DNA of 64,000 nucleotides from Octopus sinensis (Eukaryota): NCBI RefSeq assembly GCF_006345805.1, contig NW_021832220.1, positions 124,001 to 188,000 of the forward strand, read 5' to 3'. Shown piece by piece: positions 49,817 to 62,182 of this stretch (position 1 is its first letter; each line of letters starts with the position of its first letter). The notes under the pieces were generated by a model. It saw only the letters and a program-made list of their open reading frames with translations, ran no database searches and was not told where the DNA came from. The position numbers and the translations under genes were made by a program.

Positions 49817-50474
49817 TATTTTTGTTATTTTTTACTTGCCCTGTCCGTGTGAGCTAACAGTCGTACTGGCTTTCATGGGAAACATGTATCTTCGTGGTTG
49901 AAACCTTTTGGATTAACTGGTGCTAGAGTGAGCAATATATTGACCACTCTCTTATATTTGTTTTGTAAAAGTATTGTAATATGTTATAAAATATTATAAT
50001 AATCCAGGTTTCTCGTAGCACTAGGCCACTTGGTGTTGAATAAATATACTATTAAATTAGTATCTAATTCTCTCACCCTTATTAATTAATTATATATATA
50101 TATACTTCCAAGTAGAAGATGATTATGTGTCTGATGAATCAGGTATAAATAATCACAAAGAAAGTTAACTGTTAGCTAGACTATGTATGAATAAAGATGG
50201 ATGCTAATCAGGAACAATAGCCAAAATGAAAGACTAAATACTTTGAACTGTTGAATTCTATCAAAGGCAAAACAGCACACATTTTGAAGAAATGTAATAT
50301 TGATTTAATTACCCCAGTACTCTGCTGGTACTCGATAAAACAAGTACTTGAAGAGTATTGGAGTAATTAAATCGATTTTATCCATCGTACTCAAAAGTAT
50401 ATGAGCTTGTCGCTTTGATAGAATTCGGTATTTGAAATTATTAATCACTGCAGAAAATGTTAGTGTATTCTTAC

Positions 50475-50621
50475 CTATGAAAGCACCGATCACTCGCCAT
50501 TCTTCGTAGACCCATCGACATTCCCTCATCATACATAGATCTACTGTTTCAGTAACCCAAAACGACCTGCCACAAATACATTCACCCAAAACCTTGCAGC
50601 CGATGCATTTTGGTTGTAAAG
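50475..50621 (-). CDS. Gene B exon 2, Cys-rich domain (A)LQPKCIGCKVLGECICGRSFWVTETVDLCMMRECRWVYEEWRVIGAFI(G)
   Basis: 147-nt phase1-phase1 exon with acceptor ttttttttcttTAG and donor GTAAGA; paralog of 5176-5313. Confidence 0.82.
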
Positions 50622-51313
50622 CTAAAGAAAAAAAACAACAACAACAAATATATAAAGATAATTGCCAAAGCAAAATGATCTAAAATGAGTTGCTGATCAT
50701 TGTAAAGAATTTATTATGTGATCGCAGAAATAAGAAGCAGGCAGTGTGAATCCTCTACTCCCCACCTCTGCTACATGATCTTGTAAAGGAACATACAACC
50801 AGTGCAAGGCTCTTACGTAGTATGAAGAGTGCTTCTAGTATGAGAAAATAATATAAAACATGAAATTTCTTCTATTTGATGTATGTTACGAATGTTTCTG
50901 TGATCAATGAAGACCAATGAATAATCACAGATATGAAATATGATTTGTAAAATATATTCGATTATGTCAATCCAGAATCACATCATCAAATAAAATTGAA
51001 ATATAAAACAGATACAAACAAGTAGCATACACAAATGGCCGACACAAAGCAAAAACAATAAATAAGGTATAAGAGTCATCCCGAAGTATATGAAAAAGTT
51101 GGTCAGTACTGTGTTTTGACATTTACAGATCAGAAGCGGAAAAGCAGGACAAGAGACGATCTGGTTACCAAGGGGCAGTGTGATATAAAGATATAGAAAT
51201 AATAAGATGTGTATTAAAAGGCGGGGAAGAAGGCAAATGAGGTTGTCTGCTTGCATGTCCCGGATGGTAAAAGAGTGGTCTACACACACAATGATACAGT
51301 TGCATATATATGT

Positions 51314-51694
51314 GGAGGCACAATGGCCCAGTGGTTAGGGCAGCGGGCTTGTGGTCATAGGATTGCGGTTTCAATTCCCAGACCGGGCATTGTGAGTGTT
51401 TATTGAGCGAAAACACCTAAAGCTCCACGAGGCTCCGGCAGGGGGATGATGGCAAACCCTGCTGTACTCTTTCGCCACAACTTTCTCTCACTCTTACTTC
51501 CTGTTTCTGCTGTGCCTGTAATTCAAAGGCCAAGCCCTGTCACACTCTGTGTGACACTGAATATCCCCGAGAACTACATTAAGGGTATACGTGTATGTGG
51601 AGTCCTCAGCCACTTGCACGTTAATTTCACAAGCAGGCTGTTCCGTTGATCGGATTCAACTGGAACCCTCGTCATTGTAAGCGATGGAGTGCCA
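51314..51694 (+). mobile_element. tRNA-derived SINE (second family)
   Basis: A-box TGGCCCAGTGG and B-box-like ggtttcaattccc; body unrelated to the 43197 SINE. Confidence 0.75.
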
Positions 51695-51949
51695 TGTGTA
51701 TATATAATAATAATAATAATATTAGGGAATATGATTCCAAACTTACAGGGAAAAATTCAATTTAGTAATACTAAATTGAATTTAACAATATATAATATAT
51801 GTATATAAATTAGGGAAGAACCACCATGTAGCAATTCAACAATGATATACTTAAATCATACCATACAGAAAAAAAATTGAAGATATGATAAAACATTTAC
51901 CTAAAACTAAATTAAGTACAAAATAAATAAATAGTATATAATTAGTAAA

Positions 51950-52034
51950 TAGACTACATGCGTTTCGTGGCTATATTTTCAAACTGATAACAGTAAAATC
52001 AATTCAATTTAAATATAGTCACTCATCAGGTCCA
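51950..52034 (-). ncRNA. Type I minimal hammerhead ribozyme (solo)
   Basis: Minus strand: tggac-CTGATGA-gtg.ctatattt...aaatatag.cac-GAAA-C-gcat-G-TA/gtcta; cleavage between 51955 and 51954. Confidence 0.82.
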
Positions 52035-52376
52035 AGATAAAGACAATAAAATAATTAAATGAATATACGTATATTATCTAATAAGAAAGTATAAATATAT
52101 ATAAAAATACGTAATTTTTCAATAAAAAATCGAACAAAAATCCAACAGTATATCTTAAAGCAAAAACACAAAATATCTTATTGAATATATTCTGTTAACT
52201 AAAATCTTTAAACTTAATACGTAGGACTTAGTGTTTAAAATAAATTTATCTTGTTAAAAATGTGGTATAAATAAAAGTAGAATAAATAGATATAAATATT
52301 TATTTTATCTATGAAAATATATTCAAGCTTATAGAAGCAAAAAAATACCAAGCTATAGTATATTATTACTGGAAAA

Positions 52377-53947
52377 TTTGACAGGGTCCCCGATCCCTTA
52401 TCTGGTGGGCGATGCGGAAGCTGGAGATTGATGAATGGTTAATAAGGGTTGTACAGGCCCTATACAGAGAGGCCGCCAGCAAGGTTAGGATTGGCAATGA
52501 GTATAGTGGAGAATTCCGGGTAGAAGTAGGCGTCCACCAAGGTTCAGCCCTCATCCCCCTTTTATTCATCATAATCCTCCAGGCTATAACAGAGGAATTC
52601 AAGAAGGATTGCCCCTGGGAGTTGCTCTATGCTGATAACCTGGCCCTCATAGCAGAATCACTACCAGAACTAGAAAAGAAATTTCAGGTGTGGAAGCTAG
52701 GTTTAGTGAGTTCTAGTGAGTAGGAAGGCAAACACACCACACACCCCTTCAGGCAGGTGGCCCTGCTCGATTTGGAGAAAAGGGCTTGGTAGAAACTCCA
52801 TATGATGTACCCAGTGTAAGCTATGGACACATAAGAGGTGCAGCACCATCAAAGGAAAATTAACCGAGATGATAGCTTTTGTGTGCGACTCAGAAAACAG
52901 ATTCCATTACACTCCTGGGGGAGAAACTAGAAGTAGTTGATAGTTTCCGCTACCTACATGACCAAGTTAGTAGTAGGGGTGGATGCTCAGAGAGTGTCAT
53001 CACTAGAATAAGAATAGCCTGGGAAAAGTTTAGAAAGCTCCTACCCCTACTGGTGACAAAGGGTCTCTCGTTCAGAGTAAAAGGTAGATTGTACGACATA
53101 TGTGTGCAAACTTCTATGCTTCACGGTAGTGAAACATGGGCTGTGACTGCAGAGGACATCCGTAGGCTTGAAAGAAATGAAGCTAGCATGATCCGCTGGA
53201 TGGGTAATGTCAGTGTGCATACACAACAGAGTGTAAGTGCCCTGAGAGAAATGCAGGACATAAGAAGCATCAGATGTGGTGTGCAAGAGAGACGTCTGTG
53301 CTGGTATGGTCATATACTACGGATGGATGAGGAGAGATGTGTGAAGAAGTGCCACTTCCAAACAGTTGAAGGAATCCGGGATAGAGGTAGACCCAGAAAG
53401 ACATGGGATGAGGTGGTCAAGCATGACCTCTAACAGAGGCAATGACGAAAGACCAAGACCTCTGGAGATATGCTGTGACTGCGAAGACCCGACAAATAAT
53501 GTGAGCTCATAGCTGTTTCCTGCACCAGCTTCACATAGAAGCCCCAGCCCATCTAAAGTGGTTTGGATCACAGGACGGCCTGCTGTGCTTGAGTCAAGTA
53601 CATCAGCATGAAAAAAATCAAATGGAAATTGTAGTTGTGTTACCTGTGCCGGTGGCACGTTAAAAGCACCATCCGTACGTGGCCGATGCCAGCACCGCCT
53701 TTACTGGCTTCTGTGCCAGTGGCACGTAAAAAGCACCATCCGATTGTGGACGTTGCCAGCCTCCGCTGACACCTGCGCTGGTGGCACGTAAAAAGCATCC
53801 ACTACACTCGCGTTGACATTAGGAACGGCATCTAGCTGTAGAAACACTGCCATATCAGACTGGAGCCTGGTGCAGCCTCCTGGCTTCCCAGACCCTGGTC
53901 AAACCGTCCATGGAAAACGGACGTTAAACGATGATGATGATGATGAT
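52377..53947 (+). mobile_element. 5'-truncated RTE LINE (second subfamily) with (GAT)n tail
   Basis: FDRVP, HQGSALIPLLF, LYADNL, LHGSETW, RGRPRKTW; same terminal 3' UTR. Confidence 0.93.
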
Positions 53948-54499
53948 ACATATGCATATACATATTTATATATCTTTATAAATTTTCTACACACACATAC
54001 ACCCCGCCCCACACATGTACATGTGTGTGTGTATATATATATATATATATCAAGCAAGCAAGGTGTTTAACTTGTACAAGCAGAGGTAAGCTGTCATAAG
54101 AATGAAACTGTTTTGAATGTATTAAATGTATAACGAGATATCAGCATATTTTTGATAGATTAATCTCCCTTGAAGTAATTGTTTTAATATCTGTAATCTC
54201 ATCTCAATATATTCAACAACAAAATGATGACAATAAATTGATTGGATTTACACTTCTGAGCAGGAAAAGGAGTCTACTAGATATGTAAATAGATACGAAT
54301 AACGAAGGAAGCTGAATGGAAAGGAACTTCAGTCATCCATTAGTTGATAGACCCTCTGAAAAGCAATCTACAATCTCTCCAGTTTGTTGAATCAACAATT
54401 ATGACATTGACCTTCTTAACCGATATATATATATATATATATAATGAAGATAATATGTCTCGTTTTTATTGATTACATAATCTTTATTATTGATAAAAT

Positions 54500-55200
54500 A
54501 ATGCTTGGACGATTGTTGATTCGGTGGGCGTAAAATTCTTCTGGTTTCAAAGCAAAAAAACAATCAGTATCACATTTAATCTCTTCACGATTACCAAACT
54601 GTTTTCCCTCCAAATAATATTGCAATGATCTGAAAAGATGGTAGTCTGATGGATCAAGACAAAACTTACATATTTAATGCTGTAATCTTTTCCTGGGTGA
54701 CCATGGAAATATGTAGTCTTGCACTATTATTTAAGAGCAACATCCTTTTATGACTGACCAATGATAGGCCCCTTTTCTGCTAATTTTGTGTAAAGCTTCC
54801 AGTTGATGATTCAGAGCATTATGTCTTTCGAGGGTACCCCTAGTCTTGGGATGTATTTTTACATTGGCTGTATTCGTTGGATACCATCATAAAGAACCCA
54901 CATTTCCTCACTTGTGATGATTCTACCCAGGAAAGCTTCAGTAGCAAGTCTCCTCTTCAATGATGAGCAGAGTGCAACTCCTTGATTCAGCTGAGAAACA
55001 ACCAGATGCTGAGGGGCCCACTGACCAAATTTAAACACTTGTTGATGAAGGTGTTTTTTAATCAAAATATGACTCGAATTGAACTGTTTTGCTAATTCTC
55101 ATGCATCTTGTTTTGTAGTTTCCTCACTACGGTTTTCAGAATCTCGATATTTTCAGATCGAGAGGAATCTACAAGAAAAAATTTTCCAAGCAAAATTGTT
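54500..55200 (-). mobile_element. Mariner transposase remnant
   Basis: WAPQHL (WVPHEL), FLGRIITSEEMWVLYD (first D region), NSARLH (DNARPH), DPSDYHLFRSLQ..LEGKQFGNREE (YSPDLAPSD region). Confidence 0.88.
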
Positions 55201-55312
55201 GTCATTTTTAGACATTTAAAACTTCATTTTCAAAGACAGAATGAAAATTTCTTGTTACGTCTTTTATTGAAGAATTCCTTTTAAATTTATACAGGATACA
55301 GTGTCTGACAGT

Positions 55313-56162
55313 TCATCATCATCATCATCGTTTAACGTCCGTTTTCCATGCTAGCGTGGTTTGGGCAATTTGACTGAGGTCTGACGAACAAGACTCCAAT
55401 CTGATTTGGCAGAGTTTCTACAGCTGGATGCCGTTCCTAACGCCAACCACTCCGAGAGTGTAGTGGGTGCTTTTACGTGCCACCTGCACGAGGGCCAGTC
55501 AGGTGGTACTGGCAACAGCCATGTTCAAATGGTCCTTTTATGTGCCACCTGCACAGGAGCCAGTCCGGCGGCACTGGCACCGACCTCGCTCAAATGTTTT
55601 TTCACATGCTCCCAGCACAAGGCGACGCAGGTAACGATTACACTTGAATGGTGTTTTTAACATGCCATTGGCACGAAGGCTAGCTTGTTACTCTGGTAAT
55701 GATCTCACTCGTATGGTACTCTTAGTGCTCCACTAGCAACGGATGCCAGTCACCGAGTTTGATTTCAATTTCGATTTCACTTGCCTCAACAGGTCTTTGC
55801 AAGCAGAGTTTAGTGTCCAATGAAGGAAAGGCACGCATAAGTGGACTGGTTACACCCCTGGCATAGGCCACAAGGTTATGGTCTCACTTGCGCTTGCTGA
55901 GAAGGTTATGGTTTCACTTGCACTTGCCGAGTCTTCTCAAGCATAGCATAACTCCAGAGGTCCTGGTCACTAATCATTGCCTCGGTGAGACCCAATGTTT
56001 GAAGGTCATGCTTCACCACCTCATCTCAGGTCTTCCTGGGTCTACCTCTTCCACAGGTTCCCTCAACTGCTAGGGTGTGGTACTTTTTCACACAGCTATC
56101 CACATCCATTCTCGCCACATGACCATACCAGTGCAGTCGTCTCTCTTGTACACCACATCTGA
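55313..56162 (-). mobile_element. RTE LINE 3' fragment with (GAT)n tail
   Basis: RLHWYGHVARM..GRPRKT on the minus strand, followed by the 3' UTR and tail. Confidence 0.88.
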
Positions 56163-56939
56163 CTCATTTTAAAAGGGTAAAATCGATACAAATTTTACCA
56201 CTATGGTCTAAAGAACTCTGCAAAAGAAAAAAATAACATCAGAATGTAAAAATTAATGCTTAATTTGGTGTAAGTATTGAAAATGTATTCCTAATTTGGT
56301 CATATAAAAATGTGACAAGACTTTCTTTCCAACCTAGTATCTCAAAATTGAGTACCACCAAATTCAAAGAATAACTATTTCCAAGAACTTGCTATCATTG
56401 ATAATCGAGAAAACTTGTCTGAAGACATAGATATAGAGGAGATTTGCGGGTGGACGATATAAATGATAAAATAATATGATGATACTAGGTGCTACTTACA
56501 CGGTGGACTTTACCTTGAAGATCATGATAATATTTTTTCACCCGAAATGATAATTCAAAGAACAATATCTTTAATAAGACATCATTTAGTGAGTACAATG
56601 AAACATGTGTGTGCAGAACGACATCTAAGCCAGAAAATATAAAACTGTTGCTGTAAACTACGAACGGAAAGATGACCGACAGATAAGCATTCTTTAAATT
56701 CATCCAGTTACCTACCTAGTAATATTTCTGCGCAATTGATTAACCTTTAGTTATCTCTATTCTGTTTGACTCTGTCCATTTCAGCCTCACGTCTCGTGTT
56801 AAATATATATATAATTCTATGGTTCCTCTCAATTGTCTAAGATAAATTTAGCTCACGCATCTCCCCTAAATCTGCAAAATATCTCTCTCTCAATTAGGTC
56901 TCTTATACCTACTACTAAGTATTCCTTTTTCAAGAAATG

Positions 56940-57715
56940 AGAGGCGCCTCTTCATGGCTGCTAGTTTTCGCGGTGTACCCACCCTCTCCCCCTTTACAGG
57001 AAGTCCCAGATTTTGTCATCCTTGGTTGTCTCCCATGTACACATCAAAAGTCTTACGTCACCCCCACCCCCTGCCATAAAAGGTAGTGATCATACATTGC
57101 AAAATACGATAGTGTAGTGTACGCGGTTTGAACTTAAGTCTTTTGTTTGTCTATGAATCCTGCTAAACGCGAGTTTTCTTTTCAGGTTCATGAAGCTACT
57201 GTCCCCCAGTCCCAAGGTGCCTAGGGCCTATACCCCCCACACCCTCAGGTTTGGCACCCTCAACGTTGGCACACTGAAAGGTAGGTCTGGTGAGATTGTT
57301 GCGTTGCTTGAATGGAAGTGTGTTGATATGTGCTGCATTCAAGTAGTGAGGTGGAGATGAGGTTCTGCTAGGTTCCTCACAGGCAAAGAACACAGGTACA
57401 AGATTTTCTAGGCTGGGAACACTGACGGGGTCGGGGGCGTGGGTATACTTATCGCTGAAAAATGGGTAGATAAGGTAATTGAGGCAATCAGAGTATGTGA
57501 CAGAATACTTAAGATTAGATTAGTGCTTCATCATGGATTAGCAACCATTATATCGGCCTATGCCCCTCAACCAGGGCTACCCGATGGACAGAAAGACCGA
57601 TTCTATGACAGCCTACTGCAGACTACCTCATCGACGAACGACATGCTGGGGGCTTCCATGGCATACATGGAGGCTACGGTTATGGTTCCCGCAATGAGGA
57701 GTAGATGCTACCTAA
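56940..57715 (+). mobile_element. RTE LINE 5' fragment (UTR + AP endonuclease N-terminus)
   Basis: FGTLNVGTLKGRSGEIV..DMCCIQ..GVGILIAEKW..ISAYAPQ. Confidence 0.85.
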
Positions 57716-58397
57716 ATGATGATGATGATGATGATGATGATCTTCATCATATAAGAATTGAAATCTTTTTTAAGACTGGCAAACTTTAAAGTCAATATTT
57801 GTGAAAACAGTCTAAAATAAACGAATCATTTGGAAATGTTCGTAAATAAAATATTGAAATCAATTCGATAAATGTGCTGCAAAGAGCATTCAATAGTTTA
57901 AAAAGTCCTCTTGCTGAAAATTTTGTAGTATCACTTTATCAGGGATTTCGTCCAGTAGTCCTATTATCAAAAGTATTCCAGCCATGACCACCTCCAATAC
58001 GATAGAGTCTCGTGAAGAGGTGCTGACTGCTGTTTTTAGCAGGCTAACTAATTATGTAGAAGCTCACCCGTTGCTTCATTTTTAGAGTCGGTCTAGTGAG
58101 AGACGAGCGAATACACAGGAGTACAGAAGCAACGGCCACCACTGCTGCAACTAAATCTGAGCCCTGCGCAAAAGAAGGAAGCACTGTCAACAGCAACACA
58201 ACATTTATGTTTAGTAAACGATAGAGTGGTGTACAAGGGTGGTGTCCCTTAAGCACACTCAACTCATGAACATTAGGCACATACGTGTACTGACATGTAA
58301 GAAGTGAATAATGTAATTACAACAAGCCGTCTTTCATAATTTCATCCTAAATGTTCCACAGTAATATCGATAAGATAGATGAGAAATAATAACAAAC

Positions 58398-58452
58398 CTT
58401 CATTAGTTGGTGTAATTAGAAAAATAAACATAATCATCAGAAAAGCCTTCAT
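58398..58452 (-). CDS. Gene B exon 1, signal peptide MKAFLMIMFIFLITPTNE(A)
   Basis: 55 nt from ATG (preceded by gcag) to phase-1 donor G|GTTTGT; 43/55 identical to 9470-9524; joins in frame to 50475-50621. Confidence 0.72.
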
Positions 58453-58751
58453 CTGCAATGGAAAAAAATAGATACAAATAAAAGATTGGTATGTTTGCAG
58501 GCATGATGATGTTTGCTTCACAACCTTAAAATTTTGGTTTTGATCTCACTATACCGCCTTCGAGTACACATTTTCTGACGAAGCATGCACAATAGGGACT
58601 AGAGTACCAGCATGAAAAAGAAAAGAACAGTACCACTAGGTAGATGTGTATCACACATATCAACATATCCATTGGCAAAGGTTTTTTCCAACATATGTTG
58701 TAGTAACTAGGATTACATTGCCCAGGATGGAAAAGTTTGTATATATATGTG

Positions 58752-58784
<33 letters not shown>

Positions 58785-59049
58785 ATGTAGCTGAGTATCC
58801 CATCGTTGCCGGGTAATTTTCAAAATATAATGATTTAGCACACATCCACATAAGTTGGATTTTCTCTGTTTATGAATTCCTTTTCCCCAACTTCTGGACC
58901 GATTTTGTCCAATTTTTTTTACGCACTTTGTAAAACAATGAGAGACACCTTTGCAGTAAAAAAACCCCGACAATTTATGAATTTTTTCATCCCCCTCCAC
59001 TCCGTAGTATATTTGGTCAAAAGCAACTGATGAAGTCAAAGAGTTCAGG

Positions 59050-60490
59050 AATTAAAATTAAAATGGATTAATGTGTAACAAGCAGCCAGGAAAAGAGAAC
59101 CTATTTGTTTAACTGTTGCATGTTTTGAGTTGAATGCAGATGAATTTGACTCTCAGAGCTGGCCTCACAACCTGAAGGCAGAAAATTAGTTTTCTCCTTT
59201 CTGGTTTTGAGAAGCCTAATTTCTCAAGATTGGTATTTAGGCAGTGTGTAACAAATCCTAGAGTCCCAATAATTGCAGGTATAAACCTGAACTTGTAATC
59301 TGGATAGAGTAACTGCAAATTTCTCGATAGTTCAGCATAGGTGTTCTCTTTTCCACTGATCTTCAGCTTTATGATAACATCTGCTGGGCAGCTAATTTCC
59401 ACAGCTGTGGCACAGTTTCTCTTTTCTATCCCAAATCTTTATATCAGGTCTGTTGCACTTAAATTTTATTGAAGTCTTTACTGGTACATTCCACCAGTAT
59501 TCCTTTTTATTATGAGAGGCTTCTACCATATTGTGGATTTTTATTTCTTTGTCTTCAGGATTATCCTTCCGACGGATTTCATTATAGAGTAATTGATGTT
59601 ACTATCATCGCACAGCTTTCTACTAACATATCCATACATAGTCTTCTGCTCATATAGGCTCATCTTTTCATCTGATAATATGTTGCGGTAGAGTCATGCG
59701 ACTTCTATGGGTATGTATTCTAGGTTATCAGACAAGGAATGTTACTCAAGGTGCTGCCTGCCAAGTCTTATCATGTTATCAGCCTCATGTATGCAAACTT
59801 GGTCAAGGGATGCACTTAGACGCTTGGTGGTTAAATCATGTTGCCAAAGGGATATGATGCGATATTCAAAGGCATTTTGGATTGACATTAAGCCTTTGCC
59901 GCCTTGTTTACGTTTTAGGTAGAGACAGTCTACGTCACTTTTTATGTGAAAATTATATGTGCTTGTTAGTATTTCTCAGATTTCCACATCAATGGCTCAG
60001 ATCTCATCAAGCGTCCACTCAAGCAGCCCAAATGTTGGTATAAATACTGGCATTGAAAACACATTGTGGGCCAATGCAGAGAGTTCCGAGGTCCAAATTT
60101 TCTTTATTCAGTTGTAATATTCTTTAGTGACACATGTTTTGTTGCAAGTGCCATTGTAAAACATATTTTCAGCCACCCCTAGATATGTGTAACATTCCTC
60201 GTCAGATACGGGGGAAACAGTCAAATCGTTGATGGAGATGTTATTAGTCTGGTTTATAATTTTGCCCCTTTTCACAACCATATAACAACATTTATCCTGA
60301 CCAAACTCCAACTCTACATCCTTTGAGAATGTTGCAACTAGGTCAAGGCTCTTTTTCCTCACATGCATATTCTTTGCATAATGTTTTAAGTCGTCTACAA
60401 AGAAACAGTGTGTAATTTTGGTATTTCTGTTTCCTTGTGAACCAGTGCGATATCCTTCAGACTTCCTCAACACGAATGACAAGGGGTTTT
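59050..60490 (-). mobile_element. Dong/R4-like LINE fragment (same subfamily as 15281-16650)
   Basis: FFVDDLK, LEFGQDKC, YTYLGV; EISCPADV..ENTYAEL..FIPAIIGTLG. Confidence 0.88.
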
Positions 60491-60939
60491 CAGAAAGTAT
60501 GTATGTATGTGTATATATATATGTGTGTGTGTGTGTGCATTACTACTACTGCTGTTTAGGGTTACGCAAATATTATAAACAATACATTCAAAAGAGATAT
60601 CTCAAGAATTCAAAAACTACTACCATCCACAAGTCACTTTTAGGGCATTAGACCATTTAACACCATACTACTATCATAGCACTCCCGCATTATTTTCTTC
60701 TTCTCTGCCAAGAATTCATAACGACCTCGAACCCACAAGAGTAAACAAGAGAGACAGAGAAAATGCCCCTTGTATTTGAATTCTATGCAAATATTGTTTT
60801 TAAATAATTATCATTTAATTTTTCCAAAATTTAATTGTTTTCCATACTTACAGTTGAAAAAGTCTCAATTACTGAAACCAGTACTGAAATGTTTTTTATA
60901 AAATTATTTTAGCATTTTCTACCTTAACTTTTTTTTTCC

Positions 60940-60971
<32 letters not shown>

Positions 60972-60984
60972 TCTTTTTTTTTTT

Positions 60985-61220
60985 CTTTATCCCCGTCTGT
61001 CTTGATAGACAATGGGTTGCGCCAAGGGTGGGGCCTACTTTGATGACGTGCAGCGTCTGCTGTGACTGAACAGTCCAATTCTAGAGTGGCAGTCCTTGGT
61101 ACAGTTGCTGCACACGAACATCGATGGGTACGTGTGGGGTGTTGCTGCAGTTGTCCTCCTCCTGTCCCGCCTGTCCAACCACAGCTGTGCTCTCCTTTCC
61201 TCAGCCATGGAAACCATATT
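60985..61220 (-). mobile_element. RTE/BovB-type extreme 3' fragment
   Basis: FVCSNCTKDCHSRIGLFSHSRRC C-terminal zinc motif. Confidence 0.8.
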
Positions 61221-61937
61221 CTATATGTATATATATGTATATGTATATATATATAAAATACAAAATGGGACAAGAATGCAAAACATCTGGACAACTAGGT
61301 GATACAAAAAGGGACAACTAAACATCCAGATAGACGATACACAAAAAAAAGAAGGGTTCTTCATTAGGCTTTGGGCCCAGCAATGACACTTCAAGCATTG
61401 AGTACATATTAAATTTTATTAACTTGAACAATATTTTTTAAGCAATGAACAATTTTCATCAGAACAATGATATAATTTGTCTGACTTGGAACTTATTGCA
61501 AAGCTTCATGATAAACAACAGTACCCCCACTATCTCCATTGTATCTGCCATACACACACACCATTCAGGCGTATGACACTACCACCATCAATACCTTTGA
61601 CTCCACCTTCCCCTCCACCACCATCACCACTGTCTTTCATACCACTTACTCTCATTGCCTCAGCTACCACCACCACTATCACCGCTGCCTCCACCTCTAT
61701 CATAACTACAGGTCATACTATAACTATCACCCCATTACCATCTCAAAAAGGCTAAATGTGTGTGTAAAAGAATTGTGTTCAGCATGTTCCTTCATTATGT
61801 TGGCTCAGTGTTCAGTTCCTCTTTCTCTCACACACCCACACTTTCTCTCTCTGCTATTATTACTCCCACTGCCACCATCAACACTACTACTTTTAATAAA
61901 AACATCATCAACTCTCCTTAAATTTCTTTATCTCTCA

Positions 61938-61975
<38 letters not shown>

Positions 61976-62182
61976 GTCTTTGCCACAACCCTCATCGTCT
62001 CTATTCCTACAATTACTCTCACTCCAGTGTGAGAAATAGTAGAAGTGTCAATGAATAGTGAAAGACAGGATTGAAGTGTAACGCACAGAAATTACTTTTC
62101 GCATTTATGATATATATATATATATACACATATATATATTTGTTGTGCAAGATTTTTTATGTGAAGTCGTGTGTTGAAACAG

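Larger units (their letters stand above)
46731..50094. mobile_element. Hammerhead-containing 535-bp tandem array (retrozyme/Penelope pLTR-like): 1.1 inverted units (46731-47328) + about 5.2 direct units (47327-50094), inside (TA)n
   Basis: Marker gtagcactag at 47341, 47876, 48411, 48946, 49481, 50015 (period 535; last 534). One hammerhead per unit; (TA)n on both sides. Confidence 0.93.

Noticed and set aside
11732-52377. One RTE fragment ends and another begins at the FDRVP motif, suggesting a broken single element
   Set aside because: The 11732 copy closely matches the 29278 subfamily, whereas the 52377 copy is clearly diverged from it with a different 3' UTR segment; treated as coincidence.
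58660-58740. SILGNVILV, GPCR TM1-like motif
   Set aside because: Bounded by a microsatellite and stops; no further GPCR motifs.
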